Source of the DNA: an uncultured Candidatus Poseidoniales archaeon
Lineage (GTDB): Archaea; Thermoplasmatota; Poseidoniia; Poseidoniales; Thalassarchaeaceae
Direction of reading: 5' to 3'
Assembly (NCBI GenBank): GCA_964342465.1
Contig: CAYFFQ010000002.1
Coordinates: forward strand, 62,557 to 126,556
Length of the DNA stretch: 64,000 nt
The notes beneath the pieces were generated by a model. That model worked only from the letters and a program-made list of their open reading frames with translations. It was not told where the DNA came from and searched no databases. Both the position numbers and the translations under genes were made by a program. Shown one piece after another: positions 45,827-56,804 of this stretch (positions are counted from its first letter, which is position 1; each line of letters starts with the position of its first letter).

Positions 45827-48145
45827 TCACCTCACAAGAGAACCTGAGGATATATCCCCATCAATGGTTACGAGACGGACATTTCCAACCCCGTCATCGG
45901 CGGCGAGCAACATTCCTTCGCTCATCACCCCTCTAAGTTTCCGAGGCTTCAGATTGGCGATGAAAACAACACTCATTCCGGTCATTTCTTCGATTGTGTA
46001 ATACGGTTTCAATCCGGCACACACAGTTCTGCCCTCGCCACTACCATCATCAATCGACACAACATACAATTTGTCTGCATCGGGGTGGTCCTCAACAGCC
46101 GTAATCACTCCGCTCCGCATCTCGATTTTCATGAAATCCTCAAATGCAATATATGCGACTCCTTCAACATCTTCTTTCACTTTATCTACCTCTTCGTTTT
46201 TCTTTCCACCTTTGATGGCGTGGGTTGCTCCAACCTCTTCGCTTTCACTCTCTTCTGCGAGTAATTTCTCAGTCGCAAGAATTTCTTCCAAGTCAAGTTT
46301 GGTGAAAAGTGGAGTTGGAGTGCTATCGTTCCAATTAAGTGGAGCCCCCCAATCTATAGCATTCTCCCACGGTTGTTCTGAGACATCGCCACCCTCACCG
46401 AGTGAGTGCCAGATGCGCTGTGCGCTGAAAGGGATGAAAGGATTTGTCAGGATTGCGAGAGTGCGGCAAAGTCGCCAACCGAGCGCAAGTGAGGATAGGC
46501 TCACCTCTCGTTCCTTCACCCACTCATCACTCACCTTGTCGGGTGTTTTCAGATACTTCCAAGGAGTAGCAGATTGGAGAAGTTGATTGCCGAGTTGAGC
46601 GATGTTCATCACCGCTCTGAGCGCCTCTTTGTATCGGTGCGAATCGAGTTTGCTGCCAGCGAGAGTATACAATTCCTCAACCCTCTGGATTGAATCGGTG
46701 TGAATCACGGTAGAGTCGAACTGAGTGAGGGGGTTTGCACCGAATTCCTCTTTGAGCCTATGTGTCAGTGTCAACACGCGATGGACGAAGTTCCCATGAG
46801 TGCTGATGAGTTCGTTGTTCACTTTCTCAACGAAATCCGGCCAATTGAAATCTGTATCATGATTTTCTGGCATATTGATTGATAAGTAATACCTCAGTGT
46901 GTCGGGGTCGAATCGGTCTAGGAAGGAGTCGAGCCAAACTGCGTGTTTTCGACTCTTGGAGAATTGCCCACCTGCCAACATGAGATATTCCATCGCCGGC
47001 ACATTATCCTCTAGGTGAAGTTCTCCCGGTCCCGGCCGCATATCCGTCTCCTCTGTCACCCCAGCGTGACAATTGTTGAGAGCCATGATGATGGATGGCC
47101 AGATGACCGTATGAAACGGAATGTTGTCCTTGCCGAGAAAATAGAGGTGGCGTGGCTGTTTACCTGTGGTTGGATTCATCCACCAATTCTTCCAAGCATC
47201 AGCCCCATCGGAGTGTGCTCCGGCGAACCGCTGCGCCCAGATGCGAGCGCAGGTGTAGTAACCCTGTACTGCTTCAAACCAAACATAGACACATTTTCCC
47301 TGCCACTCATCCCCTTGCAAGGGAAGTTCTATCCCCCACTTGAGGTCTCTCGTCACTGCACGCGGTCTGAGGCCCATATCCAACCAATTCTTGGTCATTG
47401 AACGAACATTGTTCTTCCACACACCCCAATTGTCTTGTGCGTGAAGTTCGAGAGATTTCTGAAACAGGTCGAGGCGGAAGAAGAAGTGTTCCGTGTCTCT
47501 TATCTCTATGGTTGCATGTGGATTCATTTTTGACCTCGGATTGTTCAATTCAGATGCTTCGTAAGTGGTTCCACACTCGTCGCATTGGTCGCCTCTTGCC
47601 GAGTCGTTCTCGCAATTCGGGCACCTTCCTTCGACATACCTGTCGGGTAGGAATCTGCCATCACCGTCAGCACGAGATTCGTAGTACTGCTGCATGGTCT
47701 TCTGTTCGAAGTAGCCACATTCGAGCAGTGATAGGAAGTTCTCCTGTACCAACTTCTTGTGGTCTTCATCGGAGGTTCTGTTGAAAAGGGCACCCCCATA
47801 TTCTATCCCTCTCGCATCGATGTTTGGTTCCCATACGCAACCGAGGTTGAGGAGTGCTTGCTTGTTCAACTGGTGATATTTTTCAACGACTTCCTCCGGA
47901 GTGATTCCGTTTTCTTCTGCCGTGACTGTTATCGGTGTACCATGCTCATCACTTCCACTCACAAGAAGGACGCGATTTCCCTTTGCTCTCTCGTATCGAA
48001 CTTGGATGTCTGGTGGAAGGTAACAACCGGCTACATGACCGAGATGGAGAGGGCCATTCGCATACGGCCATGCCACACAGATGAGGACATGGTCCGGCTC
48101 ACCCATGTTGCTACGGCCTCGCCTCATGTTAATGGGAATTACCAT
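45827..48145 (-). CDS. metG: Methionyl-tRNA synthetase with a C-terminal EMAP/Trbp111-like tRNA-binding domain
   Basis: HLGH class-I motif (PLHLGHVAG), Zn knuckles, and KMSKS-like FSKSR. The C-terminal domain is an OB-fold. Confidence 0.9.
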   Translation of the reverse strand: MVIPINMRRGRSNMGEPDHVLICVAWPYANGPLHLGHVAGCYLPPDIQVRYERAKGNRVLLVSGSDEHGTPITVTAEENGITPEEVVEKYHQLNKQALLNLGCVWEPNIDARGIEYGGALFNRTSDEDHKKLVQENFLSLLECGYFEQKTMQQYYESRADGDGRFLPDRYVEGRCPNCENDSARGDQCDECGTTYEASELNNPRSKMNPHATIEIRDTEHFFFRLDLFQKSLELHAQDNWGVWKNNVRSMTKNWLDMGLRPRAVTRDLKWGIELPLQGDEWQGKCVYVWFEAVQGYYTCARIWAQRFAGAHSDGADAWKNWWMNPTTGKQPRHLYFLGKDNIPFHTVIWPSIIMALNNCHAGVTEETDMRPGPGELHLEDNVPAMEYLMLAGGQFSKSRKHAVWLDSFLDRFDPDTLRYYLSINMPENHDTDFNWPDFVEKVNNELISTHGNFVHRVLTLTHRLKEEFGANPLTQFDSTVIHTDSIQRVEELYTLAGSKLDSHRYKEALRAVMNIAQLGNQLLQSATPWKYLKTPDKVSDEWVKEREVSLSSLALGWRLCRTLAILTNPFIPFSAQRIWHSLGEGGDVSEQPWENAIDWGAPLNWNDSTPTPLFTKLDLEEILATEKLLAEESESEEVGATHAIKGGKKNEEVDKVKEDVEGVAYIAFEDFMKIEMRSGVITAVEDHPDADKLYVVSIDDGSGEGRTVCAGLKPYYTIEEMTGMSVVFIANLKPRKLRGVMSEGMLLAADDGVGNVRLVTIDGDISSGSLVR

Positions 48146-48271
48146 TTAGAGAGAATCGTCGCCGGATGATTCTGCGAAATCTCAGATTCACTGATGATGG
48201 TAATTTTCAAAGGCTATCAACTCTTCCAGCGGTTCGGTCAGAGTTATCCGCTGCCGGAGAATAGAACTCAG

Positions 48272-49342
48272 ATGAGCTATACTCTTCTCCTGATTTTTGC
48301 CTTCACCGCCATCGGCGTCTCTTTTCTCTGTTCAATTTTAGAGGCTGTACTTCTCTCAATCTCGCTCTCACGTGTAGCAGTTATGGAGGCGAATAACAAG
48401 CGGTACGCGGCCAAGTGGAGAGAGTTCAAGACCGACCCAGAGCGGCCTCTGACGGCTATTCTCACCCTCAACACGATAGCCCACACGGTCGGAGCATTGG
48501 GTGTCGGGACAGAAGTGGCGAAACTCTACGCTGATAGTGCCAACCTAGATGTCATCATGGGGGTGGCCTCCGCATTCTTGACTCTCGGAGTTCTGCTCTT
48601 CTCGGAGATTCTACCAAAGACAGTCGGTACTCTCTATGCAAAAAAATTGGCCGGATTCACCGCCATCACGCTTCAGATTCTCATCTATGGGCTGATTTGG
48701 GTGGTTGCTCCCATTGAATGGCTGCGAAGCATCTTCCCTGCCTATGACCAAGAGACAGTCACTCGTGAAGAACTGGTCGCATTGGTTGATGTGGCAGAAG
48801 AGGAGAGGACGATTGAATCTGATGAGGAAGAGGTCATTCACAATCTTCTCAAATTACGTGACATTATGGTAAGGGATGTCATGACTCCGCGCGTGGTCCT
48901 TAATGCGGTTGGGGCAGAACAGACAGTGGATGAGGTGCTGAAAGAGAAGCCCATCATGGTTCACGGCAGGATGCCCGTTCTAGGTGAATCCATCGACGAG
49001 GTAGGTGGACTTGTCCTCAGAAGCGAGATCCTCAGGCGGGCCGCTAATGATGAATATGGGTTGACCATGCGGGAGTTGATGCGGCCGATTCACAAGGTTC
49101 ATCCTGACCAATCAGTCGATGATGCATTGGACATTCTTCTCGACTTCAAGGAGCAACTGTTGGTCGTTAAAGATGAATTTGGTGGGACCAATGGCATCAT
49201 CACCATCGAAGATATTATTGAAACTCTCCTCGGAAGGGAGATCATCGACGAATCCGACCAACAGGGTATCGAGGAGGGCATGGTCGCTGAGGATATGCGA
49301 GAATTCGCCAAACAGAAGGTTGAAGAGAACGGCGACAAATAG
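48272..49342 (+). CDS. CNNM/CorC-family membrane protein (DUF21 TM domain plus CBS pair)
   Basis: An N-terminal 4-TM DUF21 domain, then two CBS domains (MTPRVVLNAV..., IITIEDIIETLLG). The start is trimmed to MSYTLLLIFAF. Confidence 0.75.
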   Translation: MSYTLLLIFAFTAIGVSFLCSILEAVLLSISLSRVAVMEANNKRYAAKWREFKTDPERPLTAILTLNTIAHTVGALGVGTEVAKLYADSANLDVIMGVASAFLTLGVLLFSEILPKTVGTLYAKKLAGFTAITLQILIYGLIWVVAPIEWLRSIFPAYDQETVTREELVALVDVAEEERTIESDEEEVIHNLLKLRDIMVRDVMTPRVVLNAVGAEQTVDEVLKEKPIMVHGRMPVLGESIDEVGGLVLRSEILRRAANDEYGLTMRELMRPIHKVHPDQSVDDALDILLDFKEQLLVVKDEFGGTNGIITIEDIIETLLGREIIDESDQQGIEEGMVAEDMREFAKQKVEENGDK

Positions 49343-49440
49343 GCAAAGTATAGGTTTCACTTGGATATAATTCCCTCTTCACCGTCAATTGAAGTCCTAC
49401 CCAGACAATATCTCCCGATGGGGGCCTGAGTCTGCACTTC

Positions 49441-49558
49441 TGTGTGATTGGGCGGGCTGTCCCGATTTGCTCCTGCGTTGTGAGTAGAGAGGCCAACCTG
49501 TGTGGTCGGGCGGTAAGCGACTGCGCTGTGAGTGGTGGCCCGAGGGACTGCCCCAACC
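49441..49558. repeat. Degenerate two-unit ~59-bp tandem duplication (TGTGTGrTyGGGCGG....CTGCGyTGTGAGT....CCAACC)
   Basis: Units at 49441-49498 and 49499-49558. The ends are conserved and the interior is rearranged. It sits in a convergent intergenic region. Confidence 0.45.
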
Positions 49559-49593
49559 TTGAAGACGCCGCACGAACCCCTACGCTGAGGCAA

Positions 49594-50379
49594 TCAATCT
49601 TCATCTTCTTCGGAGCCGAGCCAACCCTTGTCTCTGAACCAGTCTCCTGAGGACTCGAGTCTGCCGAAGAAACCACTCGCTTCTTCCTCATCTCCTCTTT
49701 TATGCTTGACCATGTAGGCGAAGAACATTGAATCCCATAGACCCTGTTTGGTTTCATGCCTGACGAAGAAGGTAATGATGTCTGCTAATGGTAGGATGAG
49801 AATCGCAACACCGATACCAAGATTGGTGGTGTTGAGTCCTGAATTCGTGCCGAAACCAGCCGTAGCGATGAACATAAGTCCGGCGAGGATATAGAGAATA
49901 GTCAGAGCCTTGAAGGTCTGATGGAGAAATATGGGTGGTTTTCCTCTGTATGTCACATAGGTGGTCAAAGAGGCAAAATTGCCAACTGTTCTCCGCTTCC
50001 AGATTGGCATCGCAAAGACATTGAAGAGAAAGATGGGTACACCAATAAGAATGAATGGAGTCGGGTTGAAATTGCTTCCATAGCCGGTGATTACCAATAG
50101 TGGAACCATCCACCCGTATGAGACGAGAAAATCGACCAGACTGCGTGCGAACCTCGCTGCACCCTTGGGAAGTTCGTATTCCTCGGGCATCACCTTTGCT
50201 ACCTTGGCTCTCGCTTCGAAATCATCCAAGTCATCTCGTTTCGCCCTCTTCTTCCTCACTCTCTTCTGTGGTTTGGCCTTAACCGGCTTGGGTGAGGTTG
50301 ATTTTGTCTTGGTTGTAGTTGGTTTCTTCCCACTATCCTGCATCTGTCCTGCCTTCTCAAGTAATCCCATTCGTATCAC
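49594..50379 (-). CDS. RDD-family membrane protein with a basic disordered N-terminus
   Basis: ARFARSLVDFLV ... 3-4 TM helices ... RHETKQGLWDSM fits the RDD (Arg/Asp/Asp) pattern. It overlaps the upstream gene by 4 nt. Confidence 0.5.
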   Translation of the reverse strand: MIRMGLLEKAGQMQDSGKKPTTTKTKSTSPKPVKAKPQKRVRKKRAKRDDLDDFEARAKVAKVMPEEYELPKGAARFARSLVDFLVSYGWMVPLLVITGYGSNFNPTPFILIGVPIFLFNVFAMPIWKRRTVGNFASLTTYVTYRGKPPIFLHQTFKALTILYILAGLMFIATAGFGTNSGLNTTNLGIGVAILILPLADIITFFVRHETKQGLWDSMFFAYMVKHKRGDEEEASGFFGRLESSGDWFRDKGWLGSEEDED

Positions 50380-51446
50380 TCCCCGTATATTTCACTCATT
50401 TCAATGAAAAGTTGGAAACCAGGTGTGGACATGAAATCCTGTAATCTGTCGTCCGGAATCGAACCCAATTCCTGATTGACCATGTTGAAGAACTTCTTGC
50501 GCATGCTGGTGTTGGTATTGGCTGGGTCTTCTCCCACCCTCTCAAAGAGTTTGAAACTCTTGGAGGCGATGAACTCGTTGATGAAATCTTCAGGCATGTC
50601 TCCGAGTAGATTGTTGACTACTGAGAAGAATTCTACGAATTCGTCATCTTCATCGGTCTCGTCAACCTCCCCATCCTCGGCATCAAACTCTTCGAGTTCT
50701 GAAATATCGATTTCACCTGCAATAATCCCTTTGAGGATTTTGCGTTCTTCTACCATCGGGCGCAGTCGGTTGCCGAATTTGGCGATGGCTGCTTGCTTCT
50801 TTTTCGCTTTAGCAGTGTCGAACTTCGCCTTTAGAGGCCTCATCTCCGCCTCGAGGTCAGCCAATCTTACGGCAAGGTCATGTTCACTCCCCTCCTCGTC
50901 AACGGACATCTCCTCGGCTTCAATATCGCTCTCTTCGGGTTGAGAAATCAACTCTACAACTGGTTCACTCGACCGTCTAGATTCACTCTCCTCTCTCCTC
51001 ATCACAATGATCTCACGGTCAAGGTCATGGCCGAATCTGTCAGCATATCTCTCAAGCAGACTACCGACGTCACTACTCCCCATTCTGTCGATGTGTCCAT
51101 ACATCTGTTGTAGGTTTTTTTCAGTACGATTCTGCCAGAGTTCGGCATAATTCACTACCTCTTCGTCCTCTATTACCTCCACAATCACCTCCTCTTCATT
51201 CTGAACGGTGGCCTCACCGATACTCTCGGCCTCGGTGGATAGCGTGGATTCGTCAGAATTGGGTGGAAGTGCAACAGCAGCAGGGGGGGGAGGTTCTGAA
51301 AGAGGGGCTATAGGTGGTGTCGGTGGTGGAGGAAGGGTTGCTCCACTAGGTAAAGGCGGGGGTGGTAGGACTGCCGGACTCGGTGGCGGGGGTAGCGAGC
51401 CCATCGGCGGCGGGATGTCCTTCTTCTTGCTCTTGCGGAAGGCCAT
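50376..51446 (-). CDS. Hypothetical protein: proline-rich N-terminus, acidic coiled-coil middle, conserved-looking C-terminal ~70 aa
   Basis: Contains PPPxxP repeats. No family recognised. Operonic with the RDD protein. Confidence 0.4.
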   Translation of the reverse strand: MAFRKSKKKDIPPPMGSLPPPPSPAVLPPPPLPSGATLPPPPTPPIAPLSEPPPPAAVALPPNSDESTLSTEAESIGEATVQNEEEVIVEVIEDEEVVNYAELWQNRTEKNLQQMYGHIDRMGSSDVGSLLERYADRFGHDLDREIIVMRREESESRRSSEPVVELISQPEESDIEAEEMSVDEEGSEHDLAVRLADLEAEMRPLKAKFDTAKAKKKQAAIAKFGNRLRPMVEERKILKGIIAGEIDISELEEFDAEDGEVDETDEDDEFVEFFSVVNNLLGDMPEDFINEFIASKSFKLFERVGEDPANTNTSMRKKFFNMVNQELGSIPDDRLQDFMSTPGFQLFIEMSEIYGE

Positions 51447-51523
51447 GCTACCACCCTGTCAATTAGGGGTGACAAACAATCCACCTTTAACATTGGCTTG
51501 ATGTGAATGAGGTACATTCTCTC

Positions 51524-52756
51524 TTATTGTGCTTTCACAGGGCTCGCCCAACCCTTCAAAGTGAGAAAGGTGTCGAGGTTCGCATCAGCACTCACTCTTT
51601 CTCCGAGAGTGAACTCTTTGACTACATCGTGCATTCCGACGATACATCTATCAACGGAAATTTCAAGTTCTCTTATTTTATCATCATAGAAAGGGAGTGC
51701 CTCACATAGTGCGTTGAATGAATTTGGTGATTCGGGGTCGAGCCGCGAAAGCGGGAGTGAAGTCACTTGCAAACCGCATTTTCCGTGCAGGGATGTCGGC
51801 CAACGAATCTGCCTTTTGATGTCAACTGTCACAGCCTCGTCGGTCTCGCCAGCATTACCGATTATGATTGAGCGGTCACCCTTGACGAGTTCGAGAAACA
51901 AATGTTCATATTTTTTCCCAAGCGCGTGATAATACCCCCCCGATAGATTTTCCCTCCTCTTGGGGTGCTGAACTTTCTCCGCAAGTTGGGCCATACGATC
52001 TGGGCTGCAACTTTTTTCGCGGCTGTCTGGCATCTTTGCACGTTCCTTGATAATGGAACACAACTCGCCACAGGTGGCCTTTCCTTCACTACCACCGCCA
52101 TTCACTTTGTCGAGTTTGGAGAGAATGACTTGAGTTCCAGAATCCAGCCTTTGACTCCAACCATTCTGTGAGGAGTTGTTGAGTATCGCACCGACATCTA
52201 AACCGACGCCCCGGATGTGGTTGACCAGTTCTCGGCGAGCTGAACTGTCAAGCCCGAGAATGTCAGGATGACGGTAATGGAGATGAAATCCTCGGTGACC
52301 TGAGAAGGTGATGTGAAGATGGTCTTCCAAAAAACCGAATTCTGGATGAAGAAAGTCGTCCCATAATTTCAAGGCCTGCATCTGAATTATTGACAGCATC
52401 TCAGGAAAGTTGAATGGGTCAACATAATCGAGATGGTCACCATCCAAATCAAAAATTAGGTCAGCCCCCTTCCATCCTTTGTCCACCATTTTTCTAGCAC
52501 TCGCATCGGCGTAGTAGGCTGTTGAGTAGAAACAACTCTTCGGCCCTCTCTGTTTGAGGTAGGAGATCAGTTCATTCTGAGTGTTGAACCCGATGTGGCG
52601 GTCGTATCTTCCTTCGCTCCACTGTTGGAACATCCACTCTCGATGACGAAGACGAGGGGGCAGCCACAGACAATCTGCTGTGGCTCGGTTGTACCAGATA
52701 TTGAACCTATGAGCAGCACCCGCCCATCTGCTCTCGACCATCTCAACCAATTGCAC
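51524..52756 (-). CDS. priS: DNA primase small (catalytic) subunit PriS
   Basis: Has the IFDLDGDHLD and ITFSGHRGFHLHY catalytic motifs of archaeo-eukaryotic primase. Confidence 0.85.
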   Translation of the reverse strand: MQLVEMVESRWAGAAHRFNIWYNRATADCLWLPPRLRHREWMFQQWSEGRYDRHIGFNTQNELISYLKQRGPKSCFYSTAYYADASARKMVDKGWKGADLIFDLDGDHLDYVDPFNFPEMLSIIQMQALKLWDDFLHPEFGFLEDHLHITFSGHRGFHLHYRHPDILGLDSSARRELVNHIRGVGLDVGAILNNSSQNGWSQRLDSGTQVILSKLDKVNGGGSEGKATCGELCSIIKERAKMPDSREKSCSPDRMAQLAEKVQHPKRRENLSGGYYHALGKKYEHLFLELVKGDRSIIIGNAGETDEAVTVDIKRQIRWPTSLHGKCGLQVTSLPLSRLDPESPNSFNALCEALPFYDDKIRELEISVDRCIVGMHDVVKEFTLGERVSADANLDTFLTLKGWASPVKAQ

Positions 52757-52787
52757 TTGGGAAGCGACACCATTTGAAGATAGGCGT

Positions 52788-52982
52788 TCAATCCATCGTC
52801 AGACCGCTGACCTCTTTTCCATCAGTTGAACTCATAGCCCCCGTTTCCTGAACATAACAAGAGTGGCAGGAGTATTTTTCATCTATGGGAATGGCTTGGC
52901 CGAAGGTCAATCTCGCTCCACAATAATCGCAAACAGGACCAATTTCACCCTGATGAATTCCCAACCTCGAGATGTCTGGCAT
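52788..52982 (-). CDS. Small zinc-ribbon protein downstream of priS
   Basis: CDYCG....CHSC. The start is trimmed to an internal ATG to avoid overlap with mqnD on the other strand. Confidence 0.35.
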   Translation of the reverse strand: MPDISRLGIHQGEIGPVCDYCGARLTFGQAIPIDEKYSCHSCYVQETGAMSSTDGKEVSGLTMD

Positions 52983-53095
52983 CGTATCACTCACCCTTTG
53001 CCGATGCGAGGTAGTCTTTGAGTCTGTCCATCTGCGGCTTTCTGTCGGAGTCCACTTCAGTAACATTCACAACCGCGACCCACTCGCCGGCCAAC

Positions 53096-53956
53096 ATGCA
53101 GTCTCATAGGCGAGTGATTCGCGTCGGCCACTCACCTGACCCTGACGACGCCTTCATGTTTCACGCCTTGACCACAGGCAGAATAGATACACCGGGATTC
53201 GCCTTCGAGCATGTACTTCTCGATATAGAGACTCTGAATGAGAAGGCGTTGGCGAGGGAATACGAGGTGTCGGCGGTCAGCATTCATTCACTGCCGACGA
53301 TAGCCGACGATTATGCGTTGATGAACTGCGGCGCCAGCATGGGAGAAGGATATGGCCCTATGTTGGTCGCTTCGGAAGAGATTACTTTGCAAGAGGCTCT
53401 CTCCAAACCCATCGCAATTCCAGGCGAGAAGACTTCTGCGCATCTTGCATTGAAATTGGCTGTGGGTACAGTTGAGACTGTGGTAGTTCCATTTGATGAA
53501 ATCATGCCGCGTATTGCCTCAGGGGAGTTCTGCAGCGGAGTTATCATTCATGAGGGACAATTGACTTGGCACGAACATGGGATGCACCTACTACTTGACC
53601 TCGGAGTGTGGTGGAATGAAAGAACCGGCGGTCTACCACTTCCTCTCGGGGGGAATGTCGTGCGTAGGGACCTCGGAGAGACACTGTGCAAACAAATCAC
53701 AGAATGGGTCAGGCAGAGCATCGAAACCGCAATTGCAAATCCAGATGAGGCCTTGGCCTTCGCTCGCCAATGGGGTCGTGGGATTGATGAATCCACTAAT
53801 TCAAAATTTGTCCAGATGTATGTCAATCAACGGACAATTGACTATGGTCCTGAAGGCCGAGAGAGTGTGCGGCTGTTTCTTGCCGAGGGTCAGAAAATCG
53901 GTATGGTACCCGCAGATTTCGATGTCGACGGTATCGAATTCATCGGAGTGGATTAG
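53096..53956 (+). CDS. mqnD: MqnD-like (1,4-dihydroxy-6-naphthoate synthase family; futalosine pathway, PF02621)
   Basis: IRVGHSPDPDDAFMFHAL matches the MqnD N-terminal signature (hSPcPnDtf), on a periplasmic-binding-protein-like fold. Confidence 0.55.
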   Translation: MQSHRRVIRVGHSPDPDDAFMFHALTTGRIDTPGFAFEHVLLDIETLNEKALAREYEVSAVSIHSLPTIADDYALMNCGASMGEGYGPMLVASEEITLQEALSKPIAIPGEKTSAHLALKLAVGTVETVVVPFDEIMPRIASGEFCSGVIIHEGQLTWHEHGMHLLLDLGVWWNERTGGLPLPLGGNVVRRDLGETLCKQITEWVRQSIETAIANPDEALAFARQWGRGIDESTNSKFVQMYVNQRTIDYGPEGRESVRLFLAEGQKIGMVPADFDVDGIEFIGVD

Positions 53957-54350
53957 AAACATTATTTCATTAGCCATGACCACCGGATTTAGCACTCATT
54001 TTCCCCTCAAACACTTCATCTCCCCCTCATCCGCGAGAGTTTTTTCTCCAACGGTGAAACCCCAGAACCCATTTCTCCCAAGATGTTCCTTCAAGAACAC
54101 TCTAGAGAGTGGTCAGATTGGGACTATCTCTTGAGGGAAGCCATTCCACCTCGGATGCTTCAGCGAGAAAGCCGATATAACGCCACAAACAAGTGGATAC
54201 TCCCCCTAATTGGCGACGATATGGCGCTACTGCGAGGGCATGGCGGTGGATGAATCCACGATTTCCTACCTTCCTCACCAGTGGGGAAATAGATAATTTG
54301 CGAAACAGGGGAGCGGGAACTTCTTTGTCTAATGCCCCTCCTCGTATTTA

Positions 54351-56804
54351 TTGATGGGCAGTCAACCGGAGAAGCGGAGGCTTTCTCTATTCATCATCAT
54401 TCTGATTCTACCTCTCCTTTCTGCCATCACCATATCCGCTGCTGACCCAATAGTCAATCATCCATACAGTGATGTCTTGACCAATCCATATCTAATGTCA
54501 AATTCCGAGATGATTACACATTCCAATGATGGGACGAAATTGGTAGTCACATTTCAAGACCAAGTTGTAATCATCGACACGGAAACCCGCCAGTTCGAAG
54601 GGAGATTTGGCGCCGGTGGTACGGTGGAAAGCATCTCCTTCTCTACAGATGATTCGGTTTTGATTGTGGGGTTGGAAAGCCCCTATCTCAACACTCTTGC
54701 GGTTGAATTGTACGAAACTGAGAGTTGGACACGGTTTGGCTTGAATGACAATGGCACAAATGTCAACGACATTTCAATCCTTGATGGACAACCTGTGTTT
54801 GCATCACCCAATCAGAGAGAAGGAGTAAATGAATACTTTTTCAACGATTCAACCAATCACTTCGCCGCATACAATGACAGACATGTCGGCTCTATCAATT
54901 GTATTGACCATGCGCCATCCGGGGGTCACCTAATCAGTGGCGGAAGCGATGGCCAGTTGTTGATGTGGAACCGCTCAACCACTGCGGTCGACAGAGAATG
55001 GGGAAACGAGTTTTCCGTAACTGATTGTGGTTTCTCCCCCAATGGAGAGATGGTTGCATGGTTGGCTCAATCTCTTCTTCAGGTGAGGTCATATCCTGAT
55101 GGAGATTATCTCACTTCGATGGATATTGCAGGTGATATATTGCAGATGGAATGGTCAACCAGTGGACAGGAACTTTTCCTTCTGATACAATCGTCTTCAC
55201 CGGAATTGATAGTAATCGATACTGTCTCGTTCACCATAGCAAATCGAATAAAAATCGGCCACCGAGTGTCCCACTTCTCCATGTCACCCACCGATGCGGA
55301 GTTCGCTGTCACCTCACTTACCTCACATGTTACTCTGTTCAGAGAGAACAATTGGGCGCCTTTCGCTGACGAGGAAGGCGTTGACAACGATGAGGATGGA
55401 ACTCCTGATTCTTTTGACAGCGATGATGACGGCGACGGCATCGGTGATGATTTTGAATATACATGTGGTGGTGGTATCGATTGCGCTTTGTTTCCCAATC
55501 CCGAATCGACAAGAAAGATTTCTGTGACCTTCAACGAAAACACTGTCAAGGTCATGGATAGATATCTCCTCAACGCCAGCCAAAGCGCATCTCTTCGTGA
55601 CCTTGCTGCATCAGGAATCACCGCCGACGGTTTGGTTGACATGGGCGAAGCAATCACCATGGAATCGATGCTTTGTGCGGGAATAAGCGAGCGAGAGATG
55701 ATTGAAGAATGGGAGCGGGCGCTTAAAGTCCACGACTCAGCCCGCATATCTACATCCGTCGAATGCAACGCCCGCACCGGTTTGATAGACACTACACATA
55801 CTGACAGTAAAACAAAAATTCAGATTCGCTGGATAATCGAAATGACATTGTCAAATGATGTTGACCGACCTTTCTCCTTCAGTTTTGACCCTAATGTCTC
55901 AATTCCTGTGCACACCGCCGCCCAGTCGACCCCCAACTCTCCTTTCACTCTGGTGATAACACATGAAAGTGAAACTGTCTCTTACCTATCCCCAATTTAT
56001 CCGAGTTCTCAACAGATGGATATTTTCATCGACTCTCCACCGTCACCTGAACCAACAGTTTCAGACATTGCTCTTGATTGGTTGAAATCCAATTTCTGGG
56101 CACCTATAGTTGCCATATTCATTCTCATACTTGTCGCTATTCTTGTCACTCGCTGGCGAAATGTCATCGACCTGGATATTGAAGATTACGACAAACCGCA
56201 AGTATCACACCGTCGCCAATCGAAACGACGGCAACCAGCGGCGTCACCTGACGCCCAATCATCGACGGGACGACCTCAACCCCTTCATCATCCACCAGAC
56301 AGACCTCGCCGTGGTCAACCCGACCGTAGTCCACCCGACCAGCGCACTGTCAAAAGGGTGAGGAGAGTGCCGGGCACTATCACCCAAACGGGAGAGGCTC
56401 CAGATGGGGAGCAATGGCATTACTCGGAACATGGTGCGTATTGGGACAGCGAAGACCCTGACAATCTTGACCCCTATGGCGAGGCGAAGGAGTATCACGA
56501 TGAGGAGTTGGAGATCCAGAAAATCGCTCAGGAAATGGCTGCAGAGGCAGAAAAGGTCATCCAGACAGATAATAATGCAGAAGTTAATACAGATAACTCA
56601 GTTAACAATGATGAAAGCGAGACAACAGAAATCCCGAAGGGAGAGGATATGATGGCGGCCTTGAGAAAGATTACAGGCGGAAATATATCTACAGAGGTGA
56701 GTGAGTCCGTTATAGATTTCGAGCAGGGGCTGAATCAAGATGGAGAAAGTGACCAGCAAGCGAAGAATAAGGGGAGGCGAAGAGTAAAGCGAAGGAAGAA
56801 GTGA
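54351..56804 (+). CDS. Surface-anchored WD40/beta-propeller protein: signal peptide, propeller repeats, an acidic D-rich segment, a C-terminal TM helix, and a highly charged cytoplasmic tail
   Basis: LFIIILILPLLSAITISAA is a signal peptide. GGSDGQLLMWN is a WD-like blade. WAPIVAIFILILVAILV is the TM helix, followed by an R/K-rich tail. Confidence 0.6.
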   Translation: MMGSQPEKRRLSLFIIILILPLLSAITISAADPIVNHPYSDVLTNPYLMSNSEMITHSNDGTKLVVTFQDQVVIIDTETRQFEGRFGAGGTVESISFSTDDSVLIVGLESPYLNTLAVELYETESWTRFGLNDNGTNVNDISILDGQPVFASPNQREGVNEYFFNDSTNHFAAYNDRHVGSINCIDHAPSGGHLISGGSDGQLLMWNRSTTAVDREWGNEFSVTDCGFSPNGEMVAWLAQSLLQVRSYPDGDYLTSMDIAGDILQMEWSTSGQELFLLIQSSSPELIVIDTVSFTIANRIKIGHRVSHFSMSPTDAEFAVTSLTSHVTLFRENNWAPFADEEGVDNDEDGTPDSFDSDDDGDGIGDDFEYTCGGGIDCALFPNPESTRKISVTFNENTVKVMDRYLLNASQSASLRDLAASGITADGLVDMGEAITMESMLCAGISEREMIEEWERALKVHDSARISTSVECNARTGLIDTTHTDSKTKIQIRWIIEMTLSNDVDRPFSFSFDPNVSIPVHTAAQSTPNSPFTLVITHESETVSYLSPIYPSSQQMDIFIDSPPSPEPTVSDIALDWLKSNFWAPIVAIFILILVAILVTRWRNVIDLDIEDYDKPQVSHRRQSKRRQPAASPDAQSSTGRPQPLHHPPDRPRRGQPDRSPPDQRTVKRVRRVPGTITQTGEAPDGEQWHYSEHGAYWDSEDPDNLDPYGEAKEYHDEELEIQKIAQEMAAEAEKVIQTDNNAEVNTDNSVNNDESETTEIPKGEDMMAALRKITGGNISTEVSESVIDFEQGLNQDGESDQQAKNKGRRRVKRRKK

